A stretch of 64,000 bases of DNA from Vicugna vicugna (Eukaryota): the NCBI GenBank assembly GCA_013265495.1, contig MU058423.1, forward strand, positions 7,946,721 to 8,010,720, given 5' to 3'. Shown piece after piece: positions 12,240-26,094 of this stretch. The notes below the pieces were generated by a model, which had not been told where the DNA came from, made no database searches, and worked only from the letters and a program-made list of their open reading frames with translations. A program made the position numbers and the translations under genes. Each line of letters opens with the position of its first letter. The first letter of the stretch is position 1.

Positions 12240-12965
12240 CTAAATGAGACTCTACTACACACCCACCAGAACGGCTGAAATTTTATCAGTCAATCAATCC
12301 ATCAATCTGACAATGCCGACTGTTAGGATGCAGAACACCTTAAACTCATAATCTGCTAGTTGAAATGAAAATTGGTAAAAACCACTTTAAAAAACTGCTT
12401 GGCAGAATCTACCAAATCTGACCACATGCCTTCCTATTGCTTAACAAGTCCACTCCTAGTTTTATACTTAACCAAAATGTGTACAGATATGCAACAACTG
12501 ACACATATGAGAATAATCATAGCAGCATTGCTGGCAATAGCCAAAACTTAGAAACAGCCCAAGTATCCATCAACAAGAAAACAAAAATTTTAAAGTGTAT
12601 TTTCAAACGATGAAGTACTATAAAACAATGATTAAAGACACACTACTGCTTTATGCCATCAAGTGGATGAATGCCACAAGCATAAGATAAAGTGTAAAAA
12701 GCCAGACAAAAATACATATTGTATTATTTGATTCCATAAAGTATACAAAGAGACAAATCTAATCTGTGGTATTAAAATTAGAACAATGGTTACCTTTTGG
12801 CCGGGGTGAGGGAGGGGTCAGCTGGTAAGTAGTAGGTAGGTGCGTGAGGGATGTTTCTGAGATGCTGGTCATGTTCCATATCTTCATTTGGGTACTTATG
12901 CTGTGTTCACTTAGTGAAAATAATTTGCTATGCTGCTAAGATTTATGTACTTTCAAAAAAATCAT
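12240..12965 (+). mobile_element. Old L1M 3' fragment
   Basis: tactacacacccaccagaacggct..ccactcctag..aaacagcccaagtatccatcaacaa..atctgtggtatt. Confidence 0.8.
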
Positions 12966-13189
12966 CAATATTTTCATCACCAAATTTTGTTTTTATTAAT
13001 TATTTTCAACTGTGGACACCATAATCTGAAAGGATTAGTCTATTAACAAAACTTCACTTATTGATTATTACCATTTTTTAACATTCATTCAATGTTAACC
13101 AGTGATCTACATGTTTGAGTTCATCATATTACTTACAATACTACACAAGTCATACTCACAATAATAAAATTAAGTCCACAGACACTTAC

Positions 13190-13487
13190 CACTGTTCAGT
13201 GCTACAGTTACTCATTTTGATTCTCACTCAGCACTTGTAGCTAAGGTTGATCACCCACAAGGACATGTTTATTTCAGTACAGTGACCATCTGACTGGTAG
13301 GTCTTGTCACAGTGTCTGATCCACTAGCTTATTCCAGTAATTTCCATGATGTCACCAGTAGCCAGTTATTAGTTCTTAACTTCAAATTGTGCTTCTTTAC
13401 TTTTGGCACAGAGCAAAGAAAAAAATATTTTGTTAGCCAGGCCATCTAATTCAGAGAATTCAACAATTTCAAAAAGTTATTGAAATA
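13190..13487 (-). pseudogene. IKK-like pseudo-exon: end of kinase domain and ubiquitin-like domain
   Basis: ttttcag acceptor and G|GTAAGT donor. With frameshifts reads FSELDGLANKIF..LLCAKSKEAQFEVKN**LATGDIMEITGIS/LVDQTL. Compare TBK1 FAETSDILHRMVIHVF and CHUK RIERETGINTGSQELL. Confidence 0.6.
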
Positions 13488-15739
13488 CTGAAAACAACCC
13501 ACATTCCCATACCCGTAGTCATGGACCCTTAGACCTCTGGGGACCAAGAGCACATTATTTCTATTGTAGGCTTAGATTAAGAAGGGACAAGCCTTTCCTT
13601 AATTGTTCTCAATAAATGGTTGTTGTTGAACAACTTGAAAGGGCTACCTAAAGAGGTCTGCAACAACAACATGTTAAATGCTTTATATTTGAATTGTAAA
13701 TATGATCCTCTGTCTGTTTATCGACTTCTTTTCTCAAATCTTCCCCTTGGAGACAGTCTCTAAATCTTTACTAGTTTTGCAGGTGAACAAGATATCTTTC
13801 TGGGTTTAAATATTTTTCATGCTAATGCATTAGTTTTAACACAAGGTTTTTATTTTTCTTTTGGGGGGCACGTAGTGTTCATTTTACTTTCTGTCAGGCA
13901 CTTTGTTAAGTCTGGGTATATAGCATTGACTGCTTAAAAAAAAACTCATTCTGTGGGGAAAAAATTTAAAAGTAAATACAATAAACCCTGAAATAGGCAC
14001 CCAATGCAATGAATGCACTGAGGAAATGGGAATCAATTCAGCTTGATGACTCAAGAAGCCTTTAGAAAATAGATATCATCAGAGCCCTGAAGGATCTGTA
14101 GTAATAACTTATATTTATGAGACGCTTATTTGCAAGCACGTTTCATTTTTCCTTAAGAAAAAAATCCCTCTGAGTTTTATATTGTCATAACTTAAGCGAT
14201 TTAGCAAGGCCATTCAGAACATGAAATATTAAGATTAAAGTTCAAATCTCTGAAGGGGCAGTAAGGTTTAGAAGAAGAGGGCTTTGCAATCAGAGTAACC
14301 TGTATTGGAAACACTGCTTTGCCACTGCTATGTGAGAAAATTATTTATCCTTTCTGAGCCTTGGGTCCTTGATCTATAATGCAGCATTATCTTCATATCA
14401 GGATTACTGTGCACTTTAAATGATATAACTAATATATGTGAAGTGTGTAGCACTGTTTAGGAGAGTGGGTGCTCAACTAACCCAGTGTTTTGTGTTCTTG
14501 ATCAGATGCTGGGAGATAGGGTGATGGCATGATAAATTAAGGTTCTAGAAATATAACTAGGGCAGCAATGTGGAGGGTAATTGAAATATCAAGCAGCATT
14601 GAAATGCATGATAGTTAGGAGTGGTTAGCAGTCGTCTAGACAAAAGATGATGAATCTTAGAACTAAGGTAATAGCCACTGGAATAGAAGAGAGGGAAGAA
14701 TTATGAGAAGCATCCAGAGGTAGAATTGCCTTGATGCTTGGTTGACTGTCAGGAGCAGAGAGGAGGGACGAGACAACCTGACAATTACTAATTAGGGAAG
14801 CTACTGGGTCATAGTACCAAGAAGCTGGTGTAGCATACTGCTAAAAGTGAGTATAGAGATGGGTAAAATGGTTTAAAGGTGGATATTATACTAGTTCAGA
14901 TATATTGATTTAGGAAATGCTTGAGAAGAGAGACTCAGAGGAAAAGTCAACAAAAAATTAACCTAGAAAGAATTAAAAACATGAGGACTAGTAGGACCTC
15001 ACTAGTAATGCTTTGAAATTAGAGTAAAAGGATGAGATGAAAAGGAATTTACTGGACAAAAAAGAGGTAAGGGATCTACAGAAAATAATACACGCGCACA
15101 AACACACAGAAACAGGAAACAGTAAAGTGTGTCAGACGTATCTCATTTTTGTGCAGATTAGAAAAAGACACCCCTTTTGGGCAGATGCAACTCCAAAAGG
15201 GCTCAGCTAGGCAAGAGTACAGGCTGAATTTCAGCTCCCTTATCCGTGTGCTTTTGTGCAGTACACAGACTGTGCAACCGTTTGCAACAGCCATGGGTGA
15301 GCAGTCCCATTTAGTTGAGATGCAGGATACAGGAAGGATTTCCCTAATACATAAACATGGAAAGACGTCTTATAGATCACATCATGGAGGGTCTCAAAAG
15401 ACAGTTGAGAATTTCGTGCTTAATTCAGGGGTCAATGGGGAATCATTCATGTCTGTGAGGTTCACTTAAGGAAGATGAGTCTAGCACATGCGGAATGAGT
15501 GAGAGGAGGGAAACACAGGCAATGGGGAAGCTACTTAGAAGGCTATTGCAATTGCACATGCCATCACCCTATCGCCCAGCATCTGATCAAGAACACAAAT
15601 TGCTTAAGGCATAGGTTCATTTTTCCCTTTGATCGATTTAAGAAAATTTTAACGAAGTCTAGGGGGAAAAAGAGGAGGGTCAGAAAAAGCACAGTGTTTA
15701 TCTACAGAGCTTTGGTTTCCAAAATGTAAAAAGACTTAG

Positions 15740-15898
15740 CTCCTCCAGGAGCAAATTAAGCAGATACAGAGAAATGCAGTCTCTCCTCAACTTGGTAATA
15801 TGATTTAGTGCCCTGCTTTTCCACCTCTCTGAGGAACTAAAATGCTTTGAACTACTCTCTGTGGCCTTTCCCTTGGGTCTTCCTCATGTTTCCTGTTA
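15740..15898 (-). pseudogene. IKK-like pseudo-exon: subdomain XI
   Basis: tactcctag acceptor. Reads RE*FKAF then, after a frameshift, LVPQRGG (cf. CHUK ENWLQLMLNWDPQQRGG). The donor is degenerate (CTAAGT), so the 3' boundary is uncertain. Confidence 0.55.
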
Positions 15899-16544
15899 CT
15901 AGGAGTAAAGTTGAGTTCTAGAAGGCTAGAACTTTAAAAACCAAAGAGTTCAGTCAAATCAACCATTTGGCCTTACATGAATTGTCTTCCCTGCTCATCC
16001 CATAAAACATTCATAAAATAACTACTATCTGACATAATTCCTTGATCGTTAAAATAAATCAGTAAACCTGGCTTAATGAATAAAAAAGGCAAGGTAAAGA
16101 AGGAAAAATGGAGAGGACTGAGAAGAAAATAGGGAAAAGAAGAGAAGAGCAAATTAGAACAAGTTAAGAATTATTAAGTGCCTATTGTGTACCTTGCTCC
16201 ACGTGAACAACATGAGACAAATGATATAATTCTCATAATGAACCTGCTATTGCTATCAGCACTTTACAGATAAGAAATATGAGCTAGTTAGAGAGTTGAT
16301 TTGCCCAATTTTACTAATGACAACTGATTCAAAAGTGATGCCAAATCATTAATAAGGAAAAAAAGTATTATGATATTCCTACTGAACAACAGTTAAAATG
16401 AATATACTAATTCTGTACGTGCCAGCAGCAGTAAACTTTGACAAATACTGTTGAGTAGAAAAAGTTTCAAAAGCATGTATATAGAATAAAAACATATATG
16501 TAGCATTTTAAATTAAATACAAAAGTAACATCCAGTTCACTCAT

Positions 16545-18005
16545 ATTCAGCCAAGATGGAGTGACAGTGACCAGATTGATCCTTTACCCTCTTTTCTAAA
16601 ACAATTGGAAAAAAAATCAAGAAAACAAATGAGATGAGCCACAGATTACTGCCCTGAAATAAATTTCAGTCTGAAACAGAGAAGGGAGTAAAAGGGCTCT
16701 ATGAGTTGAAGAGACAAAGCTGAGATTCCTGGGAGATGAGGCAACCGGATTTCATAGGACAAAGTACCAGAGAGGAGAGAGCAGCACAGAGAAAAGACCC
16801 TGGAGACCTGCAGAGGACCACCTTCCACCTCCCCACCACAGCCCCATGAGCATTCAGTGGAGTAATGATCAGTGCAAGGGTGTGAGAAAATCATCCAAGG
16901 CTAAGAAAATCTTTTGAAAATGGTTAGAGGGAACATACCCAGCACTCACATAGAGCCAAGACAAGTGTCTGTTCTGACCAGCAAGACTGTAAAACCTTTT
17001 AATTCACAGGGCAGAGGAGAGAGTACCCAGAAAGGTATCGACTCATTAGTGAAGAATAATTAAATTCTATAGTGAAGAGTGAGCCAAATTTACTGGACAA
17101 ATCACTTTTATAATTTCCCAGATCCAAAAGAAAACAAACCATTCCCAAGTAAATAAAAACAAAACTGAAGAAGATTTATAGAAATATAGAATTACCCAGC
17201 ACCAAACAAGGTAAAAATTCACAATCTCTGGAATCTAATCAAAGAGCATCATGCATGTAAAGAGGCAGGAAAACATAGTCCATACTGAGAAGAAAAACAA
17301 ATCAACTGACTTTGATCCACAATTGACACAGAAGCTAGAATCAGGTAAGGACATTGAAACACTTATTATAACTATATTCTATATGTTTGAAAAGTTAAAT
17401 AGAGACATAAAAGATATTTTTGAAGACTCAGATAGAACTTCTAGAGATGAAAACCACCATACCTGAAGTGAAAATTACACTAGCCAGGACTGATGGCGGA
17501 TTAGATGCTGCAGAAAAAAAGATAGACTGACCTGGAGCATTAGGAACTATCCAAAATGAAACACACGGAGAAAAAAATATTTTTTTAAATAAAAGAAGCA
17601 TTAGAGAACTGTGTGAAAACTTCACTTGGAGTCCTCAAAGGATAGGAGAGAGGGGAAGAACCAAAATAATATTGAATAAATAATGGCCAAAAATTTCACA
17701 GACTTCATAAACAATATGCACTCACATATCCAAGAAGCTCAGTGAATCCCAAGCATGAGAAACATGAAGAAAACTGCACCAATGAATATCATAATCAAAT
17801 TGCTGCGATGTACTGATAAAGAGATATTCTTAAAAGTAGCCAGAGAAAAAAGATATGTGACATAAGAGGGAACAAACCTAAGAATTACATCAGCGTTCTC
17901 ATCAGACACAATGCGAGTAAAAGGAGAGTGAAGAAACGTCTTTGAAGTACTGGTGGGGAAAAACAACTGTCAACTTAGAATTCTATACCCGGGAAATTCT
18001 ATACC
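16545..18005 (+). mobile_element. Old L1M 5'UTR/ORF1 fragment
   Basis: cagccaagatgg start; ORF1-like text ..atccaagaagctcagtgaatcccaagc..tcataatcaaattgctg..caacttagaattctatacc. Confidence 0.8.
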
Positions 18006-18469
18006 TTATTTGTCTTATAAGTAAGTTGTAGCTAATAATAGTATCTACCTCAGAGGGTTGTCATGATGATTAAATTGTGTGATATGTGTGTGTGTGTGTG
18101 TGTGTGTGCACATGGATATGCACCAGCCAGAATAATGACTGGCAAAATAAATGTACTATAAGAGTTTGCTATTATTTCTGGTTACATATATGTGTAGTAA
18201 AAGGAGAAAAAACATGGATGAGAATAATATACATAGAAAACACACCAATAAAAAGTCAGAGGGAAAGGGTGAAATATATTTACATATTATAAATTGTATG
18301 TCCAATGCCACATACATGATGAGTAAAAGAATGGAGCAATCCTTATCTTCCCTGGCCTCATGGGGAAAAGAGGAGAATTCTGACCACAGGAAGGGAGGAG
18401 ATGCTCTTCCTACTCCAGCTACACGGGGGAAAAAAACTAGAGGAAAGAACCCACTCAACTGTGCTTAAC

Positions 18470-18575
18470 CTTTCAATCGCTATGGAAATTCAACCTCCAG
18501 GGATTGTGGACCACTGAAGATGAACACCTCTCCTCTTTTGGGATGGCTGGCCATGAAATCAAACCTTCAGCATCT
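18470..18575 (-). pseudogene. IKK-like pseudo-exon: subdomain X region
   Basis: AG..GTTAAG bounded. One frame gives RFDFMASHPKRGEVFIFSG (cf. CHUK IFACEEMSGEVRFSS); another gives AEGLISWPAIPKEERCSSS (cf. TBK1 AENGPIDWSGDMPVSCSLS). Frame ambiguous; the phase-1 end is compatible with the next exon. Confidence 0.45.
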
Positions 18576-19514
18576 CTTAGAGGTTTAGGCCAAAAGTAAT
18601 GCTAGAAAGAAGTTCTTAATTCTCAAATCTGTGAATGAGCTTCAGGATCCCAGGATCCCTATACCAAAAGGAGTACATGGAAATATATTGTGGGAGTGTG
18701 TGTGTGTGTGTTTGTGTGTGTGAGTGTGTGTGTTTAGGGAGAGGTCTCAAAGTCTTCAACAGATTGTCAAAGTAAAGACCTTAGCCACAAAAACAATACT
18801 AATAACTGAGCCAAGAGAACCCTGATTGAAACCAGGAAGCACATTAATTAGGTTGCTTAATTCTAAAAAACTAGTTCTCTGCTTTAAAGGTTCCTAGAAT
18901 TTTTGTCAGTTCCTGGGATTATCAAGCCAATTAAAATGGATTAAGAATTAAGGCAGATACCAGAATGTAATTTATTAGTGAGAAATTACATGAGAAACAT
19001 AATTGTTATGAAATCTGAACTTTAGAAAATGCATCCACGGTATTCTTGCTCTCATAATCCAACTTTAAAAGGAAGCTATCATAATCCCAAGGTTACTCAG
19101 ATAGAATAGGACTGAAAGCATTTAAATGGTCTATTTAAAATTCTAGTAGAATAGCTTAAGAATTTTTCCCACTATAAGGATAATTCTGGTAATGGAAACA
19201 GACATTCAGTGTTTTGACCCTGGGGACATGTTCTTTTCTCTGGGTATAACTGGATGATCTTTGATCAAGCTGTTTAAAAGTTCCATTTTTTTTGAATGCT
19301 GCCTAGACTCTCTTCTATTACTACCCTTTTTTCTTTATGTCTGTTAATAATTACATTTATGCTACTGCTCTAAATTACTAATACAGCCAAGAAACAAAAA
19401 AAAAACTCTATTTTATAATGCAACTATAAAAGCACAAAGCTTTTCCTTTTATCTTTAAAACCCAAAAAAGAATTCTCACATAAATTCAAGTACCAATGAC
19501 AATAACAACCTTAC

Positions 19515-19983
19515 TGTTATCAAACAAAAGTATCTCCCAGTGGTTACCACTGAGCTTCTAATACTGGATAATATTTATCAACTGAGTCCTCAACAATCTG
19601 ATTTATCTAATGTCTCTCCCTCCATGTCCAGCTCACCTTTCCTTCACCATACACCCCAGAGGAAGGTGAAACCAGTTATGCACTTGTGTGTGGGCATACA
19701 CACACACACACAGACACACACAGACACACACACACACACAGACACACAGGTAAACAGGATCAAGTATAAGGTCTTTGAGGTCAAGGTTGTCACTGCTTCA
19801 CCAGTTACCCCTGGGGCTGCACAGCAATAAGTGACAACCAGTGAATCTTAGCACTAACTTGCAGTTGATCTTAAGCAAAGAGAAGAGCTCTGTTCTATAT
19901 GAAATGGGAGCAATGTTTAGTGTGGAGATGCTGATTTGCCTTGCAAAAATTATTTAAGTAACATATTAATAATAAACCTCCTT
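19515..19983 (-). pseudogene. IKK-like pseudo-exon(s): DFG-equivalent, activation segment, APE and alphaF (subdomains VII-IX)
   Basis: tttctag acceptor. Reads GGLLLICYLNNFCKANQ..KHCSHFI/RTELF, then (second acceptor tgcag at 19817) AP..LVKQ*QP*PQRPYT*S/VYL, a (TG)n tract, then KCITGFTFL at 19659-19685 (IKKb ECITGFRPFL). The donor is either GTGAGC (exon end 19637) or GTAAGG (exon end 19515). Confidence 0.75.
19698..19748. repeat. Interrupted (CA)n microsatellite inside the kinase pseudo-exon
   Basis: Direct reading. Confidence 0.95.
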
Positions 19984-20079
19984 CTAGAAACAAAAACTTT
20001 AATCATGTTGAAATCCTTCTAATGCACTATTTGTAAATATGTGCTTATTAAAAGAAGGATTTGGACTTATTGAGCATTT

Positions 20080-23000
20080 TCTATAGGTCAGGACTCTGCT
20101 AGGAACCAAAACTACACAGTCCTGTTCAGTGTTCCTGTCATAAGAAAACTTACAGTACATTCGTTTAAGAAATACTTATGTCTGCCCTGGTCACAGCAGT
20201 ATTACAGGTACTTAAGGACATAATGGCTACTAGGCTAAGCACTGTCTCCGATCCCATGGAGACTGCATTAGAATCTAACCCAAAAGATAGACTTTAAATA
20301 ACATATTCATTATTGTAACTTATTAATGACTCATTAAAACCATGATGACACTTAACAGTACACTTACTGACTGCCTTGACCTAATTTTGAGAGTCAAAAT
20401 ATTTTTTGCTAATACTGGTCCAAGTTTTAGAGCTATTTCCCCCAAATTTCAAATCCAAGCTCCAGCACTTCTAGCTTTGTAAACTTGAACAAGTCACTTA
20501 ACTTTTCTAATTGCTCTGTACCTCGGTTTCTCAACTGATGAAACAGAGATGATAATAGAACATCCTTTGCATCCTTGTGGTGAGACTTAACTGAGTTAAT
20601 ATTTTGAAGTGCTTAGAATAATGTCTGGCACATAATAAAGTTTAGAAAATGTTAGCTAAAATTATATTTATCGGAAAGATACGCAGTAAGAGAGAAGAAC
20701 GGCAAAAGGAAAGGAGGGAGAAGTAATTCCATACAGCAAAACCAACATGTGCAAAGGCCCTAAGGAAGGAAACAGTACATTTGAGGAATGAGGGGAATTG
20801 AAAAGAAAAATATGCAAGATTCACCTGGAGAGATAAGCAGGCCCTCAAAAGTTTTAGCTATTAATCCATCTTGATGTTATTAAGAGTTTTAAGTGAGAGA
20901 GCAACATGGTTAAATTCTCATTTTAATTAAAACAATTTCCCAATCAAAGAATGTTTTATAAGAGCAAAATGGAGGAAGAGAGCTCAAGAAGCCATTGCTG
21001 CAGTATCAGTGACACATGATAGGTGCTTAAAACCGAGAGGCAGCGGTAGAGATAAAGAGATATTTAAGATGAAGATGCAACTAAAAATTGAATATGGCTT
21101 AACCTACATTAATTACTATGTTTAATCAGGTTTCAGATTTCTACACCTGGATGCATAACGGTGCCACCCACTGAAATAAGGAAGATAAGAAGAGCTGGTT
21201 TGGACGGAAATAAATGGACTCAGTATTTGGGCACATGTGTTAGTTTGCTAGGGCTGTGAAATGAAATACCACAGACTGGGTGTCTTAACCAGCAGAAGTT
21301 AGTTTTCTCACAGTTCTGGAAGCTAGAATTCCAAGGTCAAAATGTTACCAGGTTTGGATTCTTTTGAGGATTCTCTCTTTGGCTTGCAAATAGCCACCTT
21401 CTTGCTGTGTCCTCATGTGGTTGTCCCCAAATCTGAGCATTTGTGTCCTCATCTCCTCTTTTTATAAGGACACCAATCACAGTGGATTAGTGCCCATCCT
21501 AATGATCTCTTTTTAACTTAATTACCTCTTTAAAGGCCCTATTGCCAAATACAGTCACCTTCTGAAATACTGGGTGGTAGGGCTTTAACATGTGAATTCA
21601 GCGGGGGTGCTTCTTGTATTTGTGAGTACTTGTGCGACAATGTATGAGAATATTATATGAGCAGGATATACAGTTCTAAAGTTCAAAGGAAAGGTCTTGG
21701 CCAGAGTTTTAAATTAATGTATATAATTAATGTAATTAGGTCTCTGTATTACTGATAGATGACATCAGCAGTGTGGAAGAATTCACCAAGAGTATAGAGA
21801 GATGGAGAATGGAAGAGGGATTATCCCACAGCGCATTCAAAGTCTAGAAGGAGGAGGAGAGGAAATTTTACAGATGGAAAAACCTTTACAGGAAGCAAAA
21901 AAGCAGCAGCCAGAAACATGAGGGAAAAAGAAACGCATGAAGTTATGGAAGTTAAAGGAAAGGAATGCTTCAGAAAGGATGGGAGGCCAACTATGACAAA
22001 TGCTATGGAGCTGGTGAAAAGAATAAATCTATTAGGAGATATTGATAAGTAAAGAGATAATAATACAATGCAATGTTCAAAGAGAAATACAAGCAGTGAT
22101 CTAAGATGATGGAGGGCCTCCGTTTGTTCATTTAGTGCATATTTGTGGAGCAGACACTGTAATCAATATTAGAAGCATAGTAGTTAAAAGACAGAAAAAC
22201 TGCCTGTCCTGGTGAACTTAACAGACTAACCAGATTTAGAGTAAAATAATTAAGCATTTGAAACAAAACATAAGTATGATGATAGATGGACTAGAATTCT
22301 GAAGAATTAGGAAAAGCTTTTTTTTTTTTTACAAAAATAAGGAGAGAGGGTAGAGGCAGAGAATAAGGCATTTCTAATAAAGGGACAACTATTTTTCAAA
22401 GCACTGAGGTGTCAAAGAGCCCAATGTTCTGGGAACAGGAACAGAGAGAGACATTCAATGTTGAGAGAGTTGTAACATAAAGAGCAAAAAAATGTATGTG
22501 TAAACATGTATGTTGAAATCATGTCATGAAAGAATTTCTATGTCAAACTAAGAACTGTGCATTGTTTTCCGTATTGATTCTATCCAACAGAGATTTTTTA
22601 AAACAGGGGTGAAACTGTCAATTCTGTGTTATGGAAACGTCATTGACATTAAGCAGGAGGGTGGGTTGGAGTGAACAGAGATTAGTAACAGGCACACCTA
22701 TTAAGATTCCAAACAAGAGGCACTGAGAGTTTTACGGAACTGGTGGCAAAAGGATATGGAAGAAAGCAACATCTTTATATAAAATGTCCCATTTCATTTG
22801 CAGTAAGACTGGGAAGGGGAAAAAAGGAAGAGTCAAGAAGGAGGAGTCAACAGAATAGTAAAACAAGGCTAATGATAATGCTCTTATTGAAGAACATAGG
22901 AGACCGAAACAATCAGGAAGTCTGAGAGTGTATTTGGGCTGGGATAGTATTTTGCAACAATAATCATGCTTCTCTCCGGCATTCAGACTACAGTGAGGGC

Positions 23001-25260
23001 ATTCTATACTACTTGGAGCTGAGTTGTTATAGTAAAAACGCAAAGGGAAAAAATAGAGAGTTGCCTTCTTATTCCGAAAGAGAATTTTGAAATACACAAT
23101 ACGAAAGAAGCTGTTGATGGAAAAGCTTTTAAATTGTGAGATCTTGAATTTTGAGAATCAAAAGCCGTCTGAAGGACAGAAAGTTTAAGACTTAAACAAT
23201 AAGCATAGAAAAATCTGAGCTCAGAGTCAATCTTTTCTATCTACCAGAGAGGAGGTGAAATTTTCTTGGGTTGGTGAAAAAGAGTCAGAGAAGAAGCTAA
23301 TATTTATATGCCTATATAGGACTCTGAGAAGTAGACCCCCTGCCTCTGCTCTAGATTAAAACCATTGAGGGAAGAGTGGTGAAGTCAGGGCAGTAAGTCA
23401 CCCAGATTGGAGAGTCAAGTGCAATGAAAACCTAAAGACCTATGCGAGTTTGGTTTAGCATTAACAGAATATGAATGAAGGCATCAATCTCCCATGTCTC
23501 CAGATCGGCAAGAAGGAGAGGCAGAAAATTTTCATGTCTCCATTGGGTAAATGACAAAGAGGTAAATGACAAAGGGCCATGCAACCTGTTATAAAGAGTG
23601 ATCTGCGGGGTGAGTACTGGAAACCAAAAAGAAATACAGTCACCTCAGCAGATGCCTCCCAGGACAGACTCTGATCACCAGAACCAACATTAGTGAGGCT
23701 GCAAAGCAGACATCAGCCAGAAAAGGCATAGATCAGACAGAGCCCCACCACCTTCTCCCGCCCACAGTGCTTATTTATGTCCTTGGAACTTAAATGCAAT
23801 CTCAAAAAACAGTAGGAGAGGGGGAGACCGTGAATCAACTAAAACTAATCTGAAATTTTCTTCCACTGGATATTAAGTTTGGTTAAGGAAAAATAAAGAT
23901 ATACATTTTGTCAAAGATATATTTTTGGTTGTAGAAAATTTCAGTAAGTGATTGACATGTAGACAGGGGTCTAAGATGAAAAGTTTGGGCCAGAGATTCC
24001 AGTTTGGGAACCATTATCAGATAGATGATAAAGACATAAGGGTAGATGAGAGAAAGAGTAAGGACAGAGTCTTCGGTGCTGTCGCACTGAGTGCACAAGC
24101 AGAGGAGGACATAAAAATACAGGCAACGAGACTCTCCTTCTGCTTGTTTATGCAGAGATGAGCAGAAATGGGGACTGGCAGAAATGAGGACAAGAGGTCC
24201 AAGGTCAACAGAATCAAAAATCACTTGGGGTGCATGCTGGATATAGGCAGGCTGCTGCTGACCTGATCAAGAGACTTTCATGGGAATGATAAGAGACAGA
24301 AGCTAGATTCAGTAGGTTCAGAAGAAAATGGGGAATATGACAAAGTTAAGACTGTAAGTACAGCCTATATTTTTAGGGCAACAGTGGAGAAAGGAAGGAG
24401 GGAGATAGGGAACAACTTCAAAGATAATGTTCAGTTAAAGGAATGGTTTGGATTTTCATTTTATCTTTATTTTTATTCTGAACATATGTTTTTGTTTTGT
24501 TTTCAAGAGAAGAAAAGGAAGTATTACTGAAGATGGAAAGGGAGAGAAAAACAGATGAAAGAGATGACTGTGTGATTTACAAGAGTAGCTGTGAGAACGT
24601 CAGATACTGTAAAGTAAAAAACTTGGCTTTAGAATGAAGCAACATGAAGAAACAAATAAACAAAGCCAGAATGACTACTGTAATGAGGAGTGAAGAAGTG
24701 AACTCCACTGGATTCTTCCTAGGAAGATGGTGAGGCGCAATCAGCTGGGAGTGCAGAGGGCAGGAGGAACGGAGAAGGACCTAGGAACTTGAGAATCCCA
24801 GCATCAGTGAATCCTAGCATAAATGGGAATGAATGAAAGGCTGCTGAGCTATTCTGAGGGCCTAGCTAAAAGTGAAGTCCTAAAGCCTTAGTGCCGCCTT
24901 TTCTACAAGAAAATTGATTGATCACTGCAAAGAAAACTAAGACACAGTGCCTACGGTTAAGTGCTCAGTTGGAGGAAAGAAGGAAATAAGTAATTGCAGT
25001 CAAGAGGTTAGTCCTTTAGAAGACGGGCAAACAAGGTACGGTGTGTGTTGACAACTAACCTTGGATGATAGAGAAGCCTTCGCAGAGGACGTGCCACTTT
25101 ATTCAGGATTTGAAGGAGGAAGTTTTAGAACACGGAAAGGAGGATTTCTAATTATAGATACAGCATATGGAAATCACAGAATCATAAGAGGAGCTGGAAA
25201 CCTCAGAAAATGGTGTAAATTTGATGTGATTCTAGAATGGGGTGAGGAGAAGGAAAGGTT
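20080..25260. mobile_element. Cluster of highly decayed L2/MIR fragments
   Basis: Purine-rich L2-like text (aaccaacatgtgcaaaggccc, ggaggccaactatgacaaatgct) and a MIR core at ~20450-20640. Individual boundaries not resolved. Confidence 0.55.
21237..21610. mobile_element. MLT1A-like solo LTR
   Basis: tgtgttagtttgctagggctg..ataccacagactgggtg..tctcacagttctggaagctag..aattacctctttaaaggccct..aaatacagtcac. Confidence 0.85.
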
Positions 25261-25634
25261 GACTAGTACTCTAGAAAGGTAAAACCAGTGTTTGCAATAA
25301 ATTAACTTTCTTACAGTTTTTCTTCAATGATTTTGTGGTTTTAGTTATATAATAGAGTCACAGGAAAGAAGGACTCTCTGCTATCAGGAAATAGTTTATT
25401 TTTGTAGCCCAGCAGTAGAACCTGTTCAAAGGACATGTTCAAACAGGTAAGAGACACTCTACCGTAGTGTTGCATATAGTTAATTAACTCCAGGATTGCA
25501 TATCAATACCTAGATAGATATAGACAGCTGGTAGACAGATAGATAGATGAATAGAGAGAGAGAGAGATGTTAGTGAGATACATTTCCTGAAACTTCTGTC
25601 ATTTCTTGGTTTTCTCTTTGGAAATCATACTTAC

Positions 25635-25912
25635 GACCACATTGCAGAGTCAGTCAAAAGAGAAGGAAAATGTTTCGTTTGGCTACAAATGGGAAGATAT
25701 GTGTGTTGATACAGAGGAGACTCATTTGCAAACAAACAAAAAATGGCACAGCAGATGGCAGCAAGTGGTCTGTGCAGCAATCTATTATAGTTTGATAATC
25801 ACAACGTACTAAGTGATCCTCCTTCCACGGTGCATTATTGTAGTGATCGAATGAAAAGGAACTACGAATACCGTGACTAAAAATGAATGAAGTGGATTTC
25901 AGCCTCATAGAT
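25635..25912 (-). pseudogene. IKK-like pseudo-exon: hinge to catalytic loop (subdomains V-VIb)
   Basis: ctctag acceptor, GTAAGT donor. With frameshifts reads TTIM..EGGSLSTL..RLLHRP/TCCHLLCHFLFVCK*VSS..HL*P/NIFLL..QCG. Compare CHUK [22 protein letters not shown], TBK1 EFLIVLRDV, and HRDLKPENIVL. Its phase-1 end joins the 19983 exon in frame (C|AA). Confidence 0.65.
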
Positions 25913-26094
25913 CTAGAGATACAAAATAATAAAGGTAGGCAATCTCTGAACCACTTTTGTTAACCTGTCACGGTCTAAGTGTTCACTTTCTGGAAACTAC
26001 ACTGTAATCCTAACCTGACCGACCTCTTCCGTAACATTGGGTCATTTTATTCTATTCTATTCAGGAAAAGTAAATTGCCACCTCTGTATCTGTT

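Noticed and set aside
25315..25380. AG/GT-bounded minus segment reading ..DSII*LKPQN, resembling IIHRDLKPEN
   Set aside because: The 25635-25912 exon already supplies a catalytic-loop equivalent and joins 19983 in phase. Kept only as an alternative candidate; it cannot be resolved by eye.
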